The notes: a model not told the origin generated them from the sequence alone. A DNA stretch of 64,000 nucleotides from Vampirovibrionaceae bacterium NZW_1234 (GCA_041697335.1 JBGUGD010000023.1:1-64000); one strand, 5' to 3'; counted from the stretch's first letter, positions 31,190 to 41,595 are shown. Numbers and translations are program-made.

Positions 31190-31858
31190 ATGCAGCAGTC
31201 CTTGTTTGCAATGGCTTTGGCCGAACCGGCCGAACAGCCCAAACAGCAGGCCCTGGATACCCCTCTCAGTGACGTCGTTTTTACCGTCATTGATGTGGAA
31301 ACCACCGGCTTAAGCGCCAAGAAGAATTCCCTGACAGAAGTTGTCGCCATTCAGTTCAAGAACGGCCAGGAGCTTGAGAAATTCAGCACCCTGGTGAAGC
31401 CGACCGAAGATATCACTGCCGAGTCTGAGGCCATTACCGGTATTACCGCCGATATGGTCAAAGATGCCCCGGCCTTGATTACCGTTCTTACCGATCTGTG
31501 TTCTTTTGTCGGCGCAGCGCCCATTCTCGTGGGCCATAATGTCGGCTTTGATGTCAACTTTATTCGGGAAAAAGTGGGCTCTGTCGGGCTCAATTCCTTT
31601 GTCGATCGGTTCGAGTTGTCTCGGTCCTTTTGTACCAAAGCGTTGGCCGTCAAAGCCATTCCCGGTTTGCCAAGCTATGACGGGGTGACCGTGGCGTCCA
31701 GCTGCAACGTCTACAACCCGAACCCGCACCGGGCCGAGTATGACGTACGGATGTGCGCTGGCATTCTCTTTGCGGTTATCGAGCGGCTGCGCAAAGAAGG
31801 GGTGCCGATGAATACGCTTCAGGATCTCTTTAATTATCAAGGGTCGCTTGAGAAGTAA
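31190..31858 (+). CDS. Stand-alone DEDDh 3'-5' exonuclease (DnaQ/PolC-exonuclease-like)
   Basis: VIDVETTG, GHNVGFD, HRAEYD; AGGAGG RBS. Confidence 0.9.
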   Translation: MQQSLFAMALAEPAEQPKQQALDTPLSDVVFTVIDVETTGLSAKKNSLTEVVAIQFKNGQELEKFSTLVKPTEDITAESEAITGITADMVKDAPALITVLTDLCSFVGAAPILVGHNVGFDVNFIREKVGSVGLNSFVDRFELSRSFCTKALAVKAIPGLPSYDGVTVASSCNVYNPNPHRAEYDVRMCAGILFAVIERLRKEGVPMNTLQDLFNYQGSLEK

Positions 31859-31879
31859 TTCAATTTTTTGATGATGTTT

Positions 31880-31910
31880 GGGAGGGCGTTGCCCTCCCTT
31901 TCGTTTATTT
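31880..31910 (+). terminator. Intrinsic terminator
   Basis: GGGAGGGC-gtt-GCCCTCCC followed by TTTCGTTTATTT. Confidence 0.75.
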
Positions 31911-32135
31911 AGGGGACTTGCCCCCTGATACCCCCTTTAATCGCTGAGTTGGGTTTTTGGGTTAGAGGGGTGTTTGGTTTTGGGCTTCGATTGGGTTTGT
32001 CGAGGGGGTGGCCTCCCCCTCGACGCTCCCCCCGCTGGAACCTTGAGTGCAAGGTTCCAGACCTCCCACCAGGGGGCCGGGCCCCCTGATACCCCCGTTA
32101 AGAGGATGCTCGGGCTCCAGGGCTTCGCCCTCGCT
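31911..32135. repeat. REP/MITE-like cluster of GC-rich hairpins
   Basis: Two copies of AGGGG-n5-7-CCCCCTGATACCCCC-n-TTAA (near 31911 and 32071), plus hairpins GAGGGGG..CCCCCTC and GGAACCTTG..CAAGGTTCC. Confidence 0.55.
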
Positions 32136-32234
32136 TTTTTTGATTTTGAGGGTAGGAATACAGCCTTTGGCTGTATTGGTATTTTCTAGGGTGGGGGAAA
32201 TTTTTTATCACCGAAAATGATATGATGAGCGGGT

Positions 32235-33506
32235 ATGAAGGCCTTGGATCTGGACCCCTATCGCGCTTGGAAAACGCCGAATTTTCGGCTGTATTTTGCC
32301 GGGCATGCCCTGGGGATTCTGGGGCTGCAAATGCAATTTGTCGCCGTTGGCTGGGAACTTTATGAACGTACCGCCTCGGCCATGGTCTTGGGCCTGGTGG
32401 GGCTGTTTCAGATTATCCCTGTCATTCTCCTCACCCTGGTCGTCGGGCAGGTGGCCGATCGCTTCAGTCGCCAACGCATCGTCACCATTGCCCATGCTCT
32501 TACCGCTCTCTGCTCACTGGCCCTCGTCTGGCTGTCCTACACCCAGGGGCCCGTTTGGGGCTATTATCTTTCCCTCTTTCTTGGCGGTGTGGCCTACGCC
32601 TTCTATGCCCCGGCCAACTCTGCCCTGCTGCCCCAGCTGGTGCCCAAAGATGTATTCCCAAATGCCGTTACCTGGAACAGCACCGGCTTTCAAGTGGCCT
32701 CCATCTCAGGCCCCGCTCTCGGGGGGCTGTTGATTGCCCTGGCTCACTCTGCCACGCCCGTCTATCTCTTTCGGGTCTTGTTTGAGCTGGTGGGTGTGTT
32801 CTGTCTGCTGGGGATCCGTGCCAATGTCTCTCAGAGCGACGAAATTCGTCGCGAGCCGCCCACTTGGCAAACCATGCTGGAAGGGTTTCGCTTTGTCCGG
32901 CGGGAAAAAATCCTGCTGTCTTCCATGACCCTCGATCTCTTTGCCGTCATCTTGGGCGGCGCCACAACCTTGCTGCCTATCTATGCCAAGGACATCCTTC
33001 ATGTCGGGCCAACAGGGCTGGGGTGGCTTCGGGCGGCACCGTCCATTGGGGCCCTGATTACCGCCGTCATGCTTACCCATCGGCCGCCACTCTCCCGGGC
33101 GGGACATGATTTGCTGTGGGCTGTGGTGGGCTTTGGGGTTTGTACCATTATCTTTGGTCTGTCGACCTCGTTCTGGCTGTCCTGGGTGATGCTGGGCCTG
33201 GCCGGGGCACTGGACAATATCAGCGCCGTCATTCGGGCTACCCTGGTCCAGATTCGGACCCCGGATGAGATGCGCGGCCGGGTGTCGGCCATCAACTACG
33301 TCTTTATTGGCATGTCCAATGAACTTGGTGGTTTTGAGTCCGGCTTGGTCGCAGCCTACTTTGGCCCCATTGTCTCGGTCGTCTCTGGTGGTATCGGGAC
33401 CTTGATTGTCGTATTGATTGTCGCGGCAGTATGGCCTCAATTACGGCAACTACGCAGTCTTACCGAGCCTGAGCCCGAACCTCTGGTCGGCAAGTCGACA
33501 TTATAA
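32235..33506 (+). CDS. MFS transporter (EntS/MFS_3-like)
   Basis: About 12 TM segments; GQVADRFSR motif A; TPDEMRGRV; SNELGGFESG. Confidence 0.92.
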   Translation: MKALDLDPYRAWKTPNFRLYFAGHALGILGLQMQFVAVGWELYERTASAMVLGLVGLFQIIPVILLTLVVGQVADRFSRQRIVTIAHALTALCSLALVWLSYTQGPVWGYYLSLFLGGVAYAFYAPANSALLPQLVPKDVFPNAVTWNSTGFQVASISGPALGGLLIALAHSATPVYLFRVLFELVGVFCLLGIRANVSQSDEIRREPPTWQTMLEGFRFVRREKILLSSMTLDLFAVILGGATTLLPIYAKDILHVGPTGLGWLRAAPSIGALITAVMLTHRPPLSRAGHDLLWAVVGFGVCTIIFGLSTSFWLSWVMLGLAGALDNISAVIRATLVQIRTPDEMRGRVSAINYVFIGMSNELGGFESGLVAAYFGPIVSVVSGGIGTLIVVLIVAAVWPQLRQLRSLTEPEPEPLVGKSTL

Positions 33507-34070
33507 GTGCATGGCCTTGCTGAAGTGTTTCCCCAGGAAATACTTGGAGACACGGGCCGTCACAAAGGGACGGACAAAGGTATCGGGGATCTGGGACAGC
33601 ACACTGCTCAGGACCACCTGCTGCCCGTTGGTCATGCCTGGGAAATACTTCTTCACCACATACTCATAGGACATACAGAGCGTGGCCAGCCAAATCACCG
33701 TGCTAATCGACTGGCGCACCAGTTCCTGAACATGCAGCAGACGCCGGGCCGAGGCACTAAAGCCCTCCGCCTGATAAGCTTTCCCATGCATCAACACTTT
33801 GAGGCCGGTCATCAGCATGCTGACCCCGATGAGAATGCCGTATTCCTTGAGCTTCTTTTTCCATAAGGGCTGATCATCTTTTTGGGATGCGTTCTTCTGC
33901 TGGGCCATGGCCGGTTCGGCAATCATGCGCTTGGGTGTCGGAATAGGCACATGTGGCTTATGCTGCTCCAACCCCAAGGGGCTGTAGATAACCGGCGATA
34001 TGGGATTGTAATACGCCTGTTGCGGAAAAGGCCACGGGCCATATGCCGCCGAATAATAAGAAGAATACAT
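33501..34070 (-). CDS. Hypothetical membrane protein with Tyr/Pro-rich N-terminus
   Basis: GGAGGG RBS before MYSSYY; 2-3 hydrophobic segments. Confidence 0.65.
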   Translation of the reverse strand: MYSSYYSAAYGPWPFPQQAYYNPISPVIYSPLGLEQHKPHVPIPTPKRMIAEPAMAQQKNASQKDDQPLWKKKLKEYGILIGVSMLMTGLKVLMHGKAYQAEGFSASARRLLHVQELVRQSISTVIWLATLCMSYEYVVKKYFPGMTNGQQVVLSSVLSQIPDTFVRPFVTARVSKYFLGKHFSKAMHL

Positions 34071-34363
34071 TGATGTTCCCTCCGCTGGTATAATCCAGAT
34101 CAGGTTCAACGGGTTGCGATCAGTTGGGATCTGCTCTCAGCCTTCCGTTTCAGGCACCCCGACAAGTAACGTTACATGCATCATATCTTAAGGGTTCCCA
34201 GAACACAACTTGGATGCATGGCGGGGGAAGGGTAAAATGGAATCGGATGATTCGGCAGTTGAATGTTTATCGGGCACAATACACAAAGGACAAATCCACC
34301 CCCACAAAAAAAGCGGACGGATCAGACTGGTTATAAGGTATCGGATAACAAGCAGAGGCCCCT

Positions 34364-36229
34364 ATGCGTAAACGCTTTCCCTTTCAGAATCACTTGTCTC
34401 GTGTTACAGCGACTTTGATGGCTCTGGGCTTGGTGGTTTCGCTCACGGGATGCAATCCGCCTTCGCCTCAAATGGCCGACTCCGGTCATACCATTGTCAA
34501 AGTCCAGCGCCATTCTGCTCCTTCCTTTAAAACCGTGGAAATTGACGGGGTTGAATTTAAACAGTCCCGTTTTCCGGTGGGCCAGTTTGGTGGCAGCTTT
34601 TATGATGCCAGCATTGGTCGTGGGCCGAAAACCTTTAATGTCCTGGCATCTACCGATGCCACATCCTCCATGATTGGTGGGATGATGTTTACCGGCCTCA
34701 CTGAAACCGATGCCTACACCGGAGAAACGGTTCCTCATCTGGCCAAATCCGTTGAAATCGCTCCCGATAACACGACTTATACCGTAACCCTTCGTAAGGG
34801 GCTCACCTGGTCCGATGGACATCCCTTGACAGCCGATGATGTGGTATTCACCTGGAATGACATCATCCTGAAGGGCTTAGGTAACAAAAGCAACCTTGAT
34901 GTGGTCTCCATTAACGGCGTGCCGCCTGTGGTTCGTAAAATTGATGACTTGACCATTGAATTTAAAACGCCACAGCCCTTTGCGCCTTTTAAAGGCAACC
35001 TGGGGAGCTCGATTCTTCCCAAGCACGTTGTCGAGCCCGTGATCCGCAAAGACCCCAAAGCCTTCGATTCCTTTTGGGGGGTGAGCAGCTCGCCCAAGAG
35101 CTTTGTGGTAAATGGCCCCTTTATGATGGAAGAGTACATTAGCGGCCAAAGGGTCGTGCTAAAACGAAACCCCAACTACTTTATGGTGGATGCCCAAGGT
35201 CGGCGTCTACCCTACCTGGACCGCTATGTTATCGATTTCGTGCAGGATCAGAATGCCCAGTTGCTTCAGTTTGAGCAGGGCCATATCGATTCGCTGTCGG
35301 TGCCGGGCAATCAGGTCTTTTACGTCAAACACCTGCAAACGCCCGAGTTCAAGATGTACGACTTGGGACCGGCTTCGGGTACGACGTTTTTGGTCTTCAA
35401 CTTGAACCCCCGGAAAAACAAAGACGGAAAACCCTATGTTTCTCCGATTAAATCGGCATGGTTTCGGGATCTGAACTTCCGCAAAGCCATTGATTATGCC
35501 GTTCGGCGGGATCAGATCGTCCAGAATATTCTGATGGGGGTGGGGGCTCCATTGTTTACCGCCGAAAGTCTTTCCTCCGTGTTTTTGAACAAGGCCATTG
35601 CCCAAGGACACCCGTCCGATCTGGAAAAAGCCCGTGAATATCTTCGGGCCAGCGGCTTTACCTGGGATTCTCAGGGACAGTTGCATGATCGCCACGGCAA
35701 TCGCGTGGAGTTTGAACTCTCCACCAATACCGGGAATCTGGAGCGAGAATCGGTGGGTGTGGCCATTAAAGAGGATCTTCAGAAGCTGGGCATCAAAGTC
35801 AACTTCAAGCCTATCGATTTTAACGTTCTTGTCGGCCGTATGGACACGGCCCAGTGGGAAGCCATTATTCTGGGGTTGACCGGAAGCCCTATTGAGCCTC
35901 ATGGCGGCAAGAATGTCTGGGAAAGCCAGGCGGCATTGCATTTGTTCAACCAGCGTAAACCCGGTGAAGACATGCCGGGGACCGACATTATTGAGCCTTG
36001 GGAGCGACAAATTGACGCCCTCTTCAACCAGGGCGCCACGACGCTGGAGCTGGAAAAGCGTCGTGAAATCTACAACCAGTTCCAGCAGATCGCCTATGAC
36101 AATGTGCCCTTTATCTATCTCTATTCCCCCAACGCCATCGTGGCCATCCGAGATCGCATTCAGAACCTGGATCCCACGCCGTTAGGGACCTTTCATAATA
36201 TTGAGTCCATTTGGGTCAAAACCCCTTAA
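34364..36229 (+). CDS. ABC transporter substrate-binding lipoprotein, family 5 (OppA/DppA-like)
   Basis: Lipobox LTGC; PKTFN; LRKGLTWSDGHPLTADDVVFT; LKRNPNY. Confidence 0.92.
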   Translation: MRKRFPFQNHLSRVTATLMALGLVVSLTGCNPPSPQMADSGHTIVKVQRHSAPSFKTVEIDGVEFKQSRFPVGQFGGSFYDASIGRGPKTFNVLASTDATSSMIGGMMFTGLTETDAYTGETVPHLAKSVEIAPDNTTYTVTLRKGLTWSDGHPLTADDVVFTWNDIILKGLGNKSNLDVVSINGVPPVVRKIDDLTIEFKTPQPFAPFKGNLGSSILPKHVVEPVIRKDPKAFDSFWGVSSSPKSFVVNGPFMMEEYISGQRVVLKRNPNYFMVDAQGRRLPYLDRYVIDFVQDQNAQLLQFEQGHIDSLSVPGNQVFYVKHLQTPEFKMYDLGPASGTTFLVFNLNPRKNKDGKPYVSPIKSAWFRDLNFRKAIDYAVRRDQIVQNILMGVGAPLFTAESLSSVFLNKAIAQGHPSDLEKAREYLRASGFTWDSQGQLHDRHGNRVEFELSTNTGNLERESVGVAIKEDLQKLGIKVNFKPIDFNVLVGRMDTAQWEAIILGLTGSPIEPHGGKNVWESQAALHLFNQRKPGEDMPGTDIIEPWERQIDALFNQGATTLELEKRREIYNQFQQIAYDNVPFIYLYSPNAIVAIRDRIQNLDPTPLGTFHNIESIWVKTP

Positions 36230-36487
36230 AACGCGTTTAAGATTCGCTTTACATCACGGTTTAGCCGGGTAGTACTACCTTCGGGTGAGTCGGGTGATAC
36301 GGATAAGTTCGCCCGTTCTGGTAATCTATCAACTATATGCTGTAGGTTATAACTAAAGTATAAGCAACCCAGGACACGAATCCAAAACCTCCAGACGAGA
36401 GACAGCATTTTTCCAAACTGTTTTAGCAGTCTATTCCTGTCGGGTCTTGCAAGTTATATGAGTGGAAATTCTTAAGGAGTGCGCTTT

Positions 36488-36679
36488 ATGAAAATGATTA
36501 ACAAGCTGATGAGCAAAAAAGCTGGCCAAGGTGTTATTGAGTACGCTGGTGCTATGATTGTTGCTGCCTTGATTGTGGCTGCCGTATTGGTTATCGGTCA
36601 ACAAGGGATGGGCAACGTATACAACAGCATCTTTGGTGGCGTACAGTCCTTCTTTACCACCCAGTCTGGTAACCTCTAG
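36488..36679 (+). CDS. Flp/Fap (Tad-type) pilin
   Basis: Basic leader, GQGVIEY (G|xxxxEY class III signal), hydrophobic helix, 63 aa; AAGGAG RBS. Confidence 0.85.
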   Translation: MKMINKLMSKKAGQGVIEYAGAMIVAALIVAAVLVIGQQGMGNVYNSIFGGVQSFFTTQSGNL

Positions 36680-36752
36680 TATTGATCTCGCACTGAGCGA
36701 GACTGGAATTCACCCCATAACGAATCAAGCAACCTGAATCGTGATTATTTCT

Positions 36753-36794
36753 TGTAAAATGCCGGATCCAGGCAATCTGCTCCGGCATTTTACA
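36753..36794 (+). terminator. Terminator-like hairpin after the pilin gene
   Basis: 14-bp inverted repeat TGTAAAATGCCGGA...TCCGGCATTTTACA. Confidence 0.6.
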
Positions 36795-36894
36795 TTCCCT
36801 CTTCGCCATTTTATCTTCCGTTTTTCTCAAAGAAACCGATAGCGGCGCTATCGTGTGTTTGCCTGAGTCATTTTACGAATAGGACTGAAATTCT

Positions 36895-37530
36895 ATGGCC
36901 GTTTTCACAATTTTGGAAAAACCGGGTTATCAATCCTTGATTCCCAAGGTTGTCACCGGAGTCGCCATTTTGTGGGCCGCACTGGGCGTCATAATCAATA
37001 CCAAGTTTTTGATGGAAGGGCACTGGAATGCACTTGGGGTACTCGCCTATTACTTTTTGCTGATGACATTGTTTGTGATTCGTAAACCCAGCCGGGATGT
37101 GTGTAAGGGGATTAAACATCGTATTACTGCCTTGATGGGGAGTTGGCTGCCACTGCTGATTATGCCAACTTCAACAACCATTGCGGGGATGGAGATAATC
37201 GCCGTGCCGTTGCAAACGGTGGCCTTTGTTTACCTGATGGTGGCCATTATGTCACTGTCTCGCAGCTTCGGCGTGTTTGCAGCGTACCGGGAAATTAAGA
37301 CGGGGGGGCTTTACCGATGGGTTCGTCATCCCTTGTACTCCTCGGAGTTCCTGGGGTTTGTGGCGGTCCTGCTACTCAACCTTTCCTGGTACAACGTGAT
37401 TTTATTAACGGTGCAAATGTATTGTCAGTTGTTACGGATACGGGACGAAGAAAAATTGCTGAGCCAAGACCCGGCTTACGTGGAATATTGTTCTCGGGTG
37501 AGATATAGGCTGGTTCCGGGTCTTTATTAA
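36895..37530 (+). CDS. Isoprenylcysteine carboxyl methyltransferase/PEMT-family membrane protein
   Basis: GLYRWVRHPLY, EEKLL, YVEYCSRVRYRLVPGLY. Confidence 0.88.
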   Translation: MAVFTILEKPGYQSLIPKVVTGVAILWAALGVIINTKFLMEGHWNALGVLAYYFLLMTLFVIRKPSRDVCKGIKHRITALMGSWLPLLIMPTSTTIAGMEIIAVPLQTVAFVYLMVAIMSLSRSFGVFAAYREIKTGGLYRWVRHPLYSSEFLGFVAVLLLNLSWYNVILLTVQMYCQLLRIRDEEKLLSQDPAYVEYCSRVRYRLVPGLY

Positions 37531-37601
37531 TGACGAGCGACAGCGCATAAAGCGGGAAGAAGAAACCTGTATTCGGAGAGAAAAGTGATGGGTTAAGAAA
37601 A

Positions 37602-37632
37602 CGCGTGGGACTGTGATGAGCGGTCCCACGCG
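37602..37632. terminator. Hairpin between convergent genes
   Basis: CGCGTGGGAC-n11-GTCCCACGCG. Confidence 0.4.
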
Positions 37633-37651
37633 AAGTATTGATTATGGTTGT

Positions 37652-39124
37652 TTATTCGGCGGAGTAAGTTGTCTCTTTCTGATTTTGTTTGCCCGAGGTA
37701 TTGAGATGGGCATGCATCGGACGCAAGGTTTGCATCTTTAGCCATTCGAGGGCAAGCAGCCAGCCCATACCGCCCAGAAGGCTGATGAACATCATCAATA
37801 CCAGAATGTGTTTTGGTCCCGGGAAATCCGGTTTACGGGCTAGTGTCGCCGGTTGAACCGTAACCACATTGCTCAGGTTGTCCGAAGCCTTGAATTCGGC
37901 ATCGGCGGCTTTGAGGCGCAACATGCTGACCATATCGGAAAGGACCTTTTCCTGTTCCATCAACTCGGCAATGCGCAATTGCTTGACCGGGAAGGCTCGG
38001 GTCTTGGCTTGCAGGGCGGCAATACTGCTCTGCAAGTTGGCATGCTGTGCCCGCAAACCTTGCAGCTCGGCTTCGGCATCGGCCATGGTGTTAACCAGGT
38101 TTCCGCGAACCGGGTCTGCAATTTGCAGGCGGTGGGATTTCCCGTGTGCCCCTAATGTACGGACGGCTTCGCGCTGGACCTGTTGCTGGATCTCCTGGAT
38201 CCGGGCTTTGACGGCCTGGACGCTTGGGGTTTCATCGGTATACTTGACAGCCAGGGTGCTGTATTCCTGTTGTGCGGCATTCAGCGCTTTCTGTCCATCG
38301 ACCAGGGTGTTGTTCATGCCTAGTGCCACAGACTGGATCCCTTGGGCTGCACTCATCCCCAGATGACGGCGCATGGTGCTGACCATCCCCTGGCGAGAGC
38401 GAATTTGGCTCTGTAACGCGATGCGTTGGGTTTCCAGGTCTGCCAACTGCTGAATGGAGGCTTGGGCTTCGTTGGGAATGTCGATGGTCTGGTTGGCCAT
38501 ACGGAAGGCCATCAGTTCTCGACGCACGTCTTTAAGTTTTTTCTCAACGGTCTGGATCTGGTTCTCAATGTACTGCCCATGCTGCATCAGGGTTTGATGG
38601 TTGATGTCCTGGAGGAAGTCCTGATACGAGTGAATGTAACCGTCGACAATATACTTGGACAGTTTTTTGTCATGGGTACTCAGTCGCAGGGAGACGATAT
38701 CGGTATTTGCCGGGTTTTTTAACGTCAAGCTATCTGCCAAACTGTCGGCCTCAAACATATCCGGATACTTGGCCTTGAGCGCCTTGTACTCTTTGGCTGG
38801 GACCTGTTGATGCAGGTACGCTAAAACCCGTGTGGCCAGCTGCGGGGAGTTGAGGACCTCGATTTGTGTCAATAGCGGGTTGCCGTTAATGGTCAGGGCT
38901 TTGACTTCGTCCTGGGGACTGGCCTGCTCGGTCACAAAAGTCGGCTGCTTGCCGCCTTTGATCAGGAGTTTGCCAATCGAGGAATAGCGGGGGTGAATCA
39001 GGAACAGGTTCACCATCAACCCTAATACCAGACCGCCTGCCAGGCACATTGCCAGGAACTTCCAGTGGTATCGGGCCAGAAGAAAGTACCGTTGCCAGGT
39101 AACCGTGTACGTTCTATCCATCAT
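37652..39124 (-). CDS. GumC/Wzc-like polysaccharide co-polymerase lacking a kinase domain
   Basis: N- and C-terminal TM segments; TQIEVLNS; long coiled coil; KYTDETPSV; Pro-rich PATLARKPDFP. Confidence 0.85.
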   Translation of the reverse strand: MMDRTYTVTWQRYFLLARYHWKFLAMCLAGGLVLGLMVNLFLIHPRYSSIGKLLIKGGKQPTFVTEQASPQDEVKALTINGNPLLTQIEVLNSPQLATRVLAYLHQQVPAKEYKALKAKYPDMFEADSLADSLTLKNPANTDIVSLRLSTHDKKLSKYIVDGYIHSYQDFLQDINHQTLMQHGQYIENQIQTVEKKLKDVRRELMAFRMANQTIDIPNEAQASIQQLADLETQRIALQSQIRSRQGMVSTMRRHLGMSAAQGIQSVALGMNNTLVDGQKALNAAQQEYSTLAVKYTDETPSVQAVKARIQEIQQQVQREAVRTLGAHGKSHRLQIADPVRGNLVNTMADAEAELQGLRAQHANLQSSIAALQAKTRAFPVKQLRIAELMEQEKVLSDMVSMLRLKAADAEFKASDNLSNVVTVQPATLARKPDFPGPKHILVLMMFISLLGGMGWLLALEWLKMQTLRPMHAHLNTSGKQNQKETTYSAE

Positions 39125-39183
39125 TGTGTTTAATTCCTTCTTGGTTGTTGAAAGCTGATACAAGTGACCGCAAAGGCGGAGCG

Positions 39184-40320
39184 TTAGTTGCCGACCATGG
39201 GCCAACGGCGTCGTGGATTGAAGACGTCGAGTACGGCGTTGGCAAAGTTACCCACACCCAGGAACGGGGTTACGATACGGGTGGCATAATCCCATCCTCG
39301 ACCCATGATGGGGACATTACGCTCATCAACCACCACAACGTCGTTTTCCCGCAGAACAAAGTCGTTCTTTTCGGGGTCAACTTTAAACTGGCTCATCTGG
39401 CCGTTGGGTCCCAGGCGCATGACTTTGACGTCGTGCTTGTTGGCCTCAATGTTAAAGCCATGGGCAGACGCGATGGCCGAATTAATCCCGGCTGCCTGGG
39501 CTGGAATGGCGTAAACCCCTGGAGTCTGGACTTTACCGATGACTCTGACCGTGAGGCTTCCGGGTGCAATGGCCGAGGTGGAGACCAATTTCGCCGTCTC
39601 ATCGTCCATGGGGCCGGCCATTACCGGGACGGTGACGGTATCGCCGGAGCTGAGCATCAAATCCTGCGAGGTGTTGCCGTTGCGAAGCATATCCAGTAAA
39701 TCCACCGTGCGTTCCACATGGGTATCGTTGTTGCGAATCAGGACATGACTGAGATCGGCCAGCTGGGTTACCCCACCGGCATTGGCGATCAGGTTCGATA
39801 CGGTCAGTCGGCCACGAATCAAGTGGGCACTGGGAGAATCCAACCGATCGGTATCCCCATGAATTTCATAGGAACCAGGTTTATGAACCGCGCCCAGAAC
39901 ATACACGATGGCCGGATGGAATTTGGCAATCGTGACAGAGACTTCCGGCTTCTTGAGGTAGCGTTTCAGCCGCTCGGCAATCATGTCGGACAGGGTTTGA
40001 ATGTCCATACCGGCCACATCCACTTCGCCCAAGGGATTGATCGTGACAAAGCCATCGGGGCGAACCACCAGGTTCTGTTGATCGAATTCGGGAGTGCTGT
40101 AGACGTTGATATTAATGGAGTCTCCCGGTCCCAGACGATACTTGCCGTCGACAGTCTGAACACGGGCTTTAATGGCCGTGGGCTGCATTGTCATGGCTGG
40201 GTTTGTAATTTGCGGGCTTGTCTGTATGGCCATCATTGACTCGGCTGTTGCCCAGCCGGGTGCGGTTAGGATAAAGACGGCCCAGATGATGAGGAAAAGT
40301 CGAATCGGATAATAAACCAT
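39184..40320 (-). CDS. Polysaccharide export protein (Wza/OPX) with SLBB domains
   Basis: YRLGPGD, VRPDGFVTINPLGEV, VLGAVHKPGSY, GDTVTVP. Confidence 0.9.
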   Translation of the reverse strand: MVYYPIRLFLIIWAVFILTAPGWATAESMMAIQTSPQITNPAMTMQPTAIKARVQTVDGKYRLGPGDSININVYSTPEFDQQNLVVRPDGFVTINPLGEVDVAGMDIQTLSDMIAERLKRYLKKPEVSVTIAKFHPAIVYVLGAVHKPGSYEIHGDTDRLDSPSAHLIRGRLTVSNLIANAGGVTQLADLSHVLIRNNDTHVERTVDLLDMLRNGNTSQDLMLSSGDTVTVPVMAGPMDDETAKLVSTSAIAPGSLTVRVIGKVQTPGVYAIPAQAAGINSAIASAHGFNIEANKHDVKVMRLGPNGQMSQFKVDPEKNDFVLRENDVVVVDERNVPIMGRGWDYATRIVTPFLGVGNFANAVLDVFNPRRRWPMVGN

Positions 40321-40709
40321 CGTGTATAACCCTCTATCGTGTTTCTCGTATCCGACGACAATGGCCGTTTGTCGGCGCAGGGGTCGGATGTCATTGGCTC
40401 CCACACATGGGTTCGGCCTGGGGATGACTATAAGAGAAAGCCTGAGGGAATAAATGAGGCAATCAGGCTATCGTTCCTTCATGCCGGTGCTTGTCTGGGC
40501 AGGCCGCCGATTTTACCGGCCCCAGTAAGGCATTGTCCCGGTAGTCTAATGCTTAAAAATTCCCCAGGTCGCTAGTTAGCCCGGTAATGCAGGACTACTC
40601 TTATGGCTATTGCCGATGGGGTAAACAGCGGTGTTGGGCTTTTCATTTGCCTGCCGTCATGCCATTCTGGAGGCAGTCGCTTCGTCATTATCAAGGTAGG
40701 CGGTTTGTC

Positions 40710-41474
40710 ATGTCTTCTGCTCTGATTGATCCTGTATTGGATATTGCCAGGGAAGCCGGGAAACGAATCATGGCGGTCTATGCCCGTCAGGAACCTATTC
40801 AAGCGACCCTCAAAGCGGATCGCTCTCCGTTGACCGAAGCCGATTTAGCCTCCCATGAGTGGATTGCCCATGCCCTTGGAAATCTCACGCCGGACATTCC
40901 GGTGCTTTCGGAAGAGGATGAGGTACCTTACGAGAACCGGCGTCAATGGACACGGTTCTGGTCGGTGGATCCGTTGGATGGGACCAAAGAATTTTTGAAC
41001 CGTCGCGATCACTTTACGGTGAACATTGCCTTACTGGAAGCCGGTACGCCGGTGCTGGGCGTTATTTATGCCCCTGTATTCGATGAGCTGTTTTGGGCGG
41101 AAGCCGGGCAAGGGGCCTGGTTTAATGGGGAGAGAATTTTCAACCGCAATACCCGTTCCGAGTGGGTGGCCGCGGTCAGCAATGTGCATTCCACGGGGAA
41201 GACCCAGGCATTTTTGGATCGCCATAACATTACCCGGGTTGCCCGCAGTGGTTCCGCGCTCAAGTTTTGCCGCCTGGCTCAGGGGGAAGTGGACATTTAT
41301 CCCCGGATCAGTCCGACAATGGAGTGGGACATTGCCGCCGGTCAGGTGATCGTTTCCGAAGCCGGATGCCGACTCTATGTTATGGAGACTCATGAGCTCC
41401 CGCAGTACAACAAACCTAACCTGGTCAACCCGGCCTTCATTGCTGCCCGAACCGACATTCCGTTTTTATCCTAA
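40710..41474 (+). CDS. cysQ: 3'(2'),5'-bisphosphate nucleotidase CysQ
   Basis: SPLTEAD, LSEE, VDPLDGTKEF, GSALKFC, EWDIAAG, YNK. Confidence 0.92.
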   Translation: MSSALIDPVLDIAREAGKRIMAVYARQEPIQATLKADRSPLTEADLASHEWIAHALGNLTPDIPVLSEEDEVPYENRRQWTRFWSVDPLDGTKEFLNRRDHFTVNIALLEAGTPVLGVIYAPVFDELFWAEAGQGAWFNGERIFNRNTRSEWVAAVSNVHSTGKTQAFLDRHNITRVARSGSALKFCRLAQGEVDIYPRISPTMEWDIAAGQVIVSEAGCRLYVMETHELPQYNKPNLVNPAFIAARTDIPFLS

Positions 41475-41595
41475 AGGTATCCATGCTCCAAGATGAGTTT
41501 CTTCTTGAGAACTCAATTTCAAGAGATATACGTCGAAATCATCCCATATTATAAGAAACCTGTGCCAAGCCGCATGGTTTTAAGGAACTTGATCT

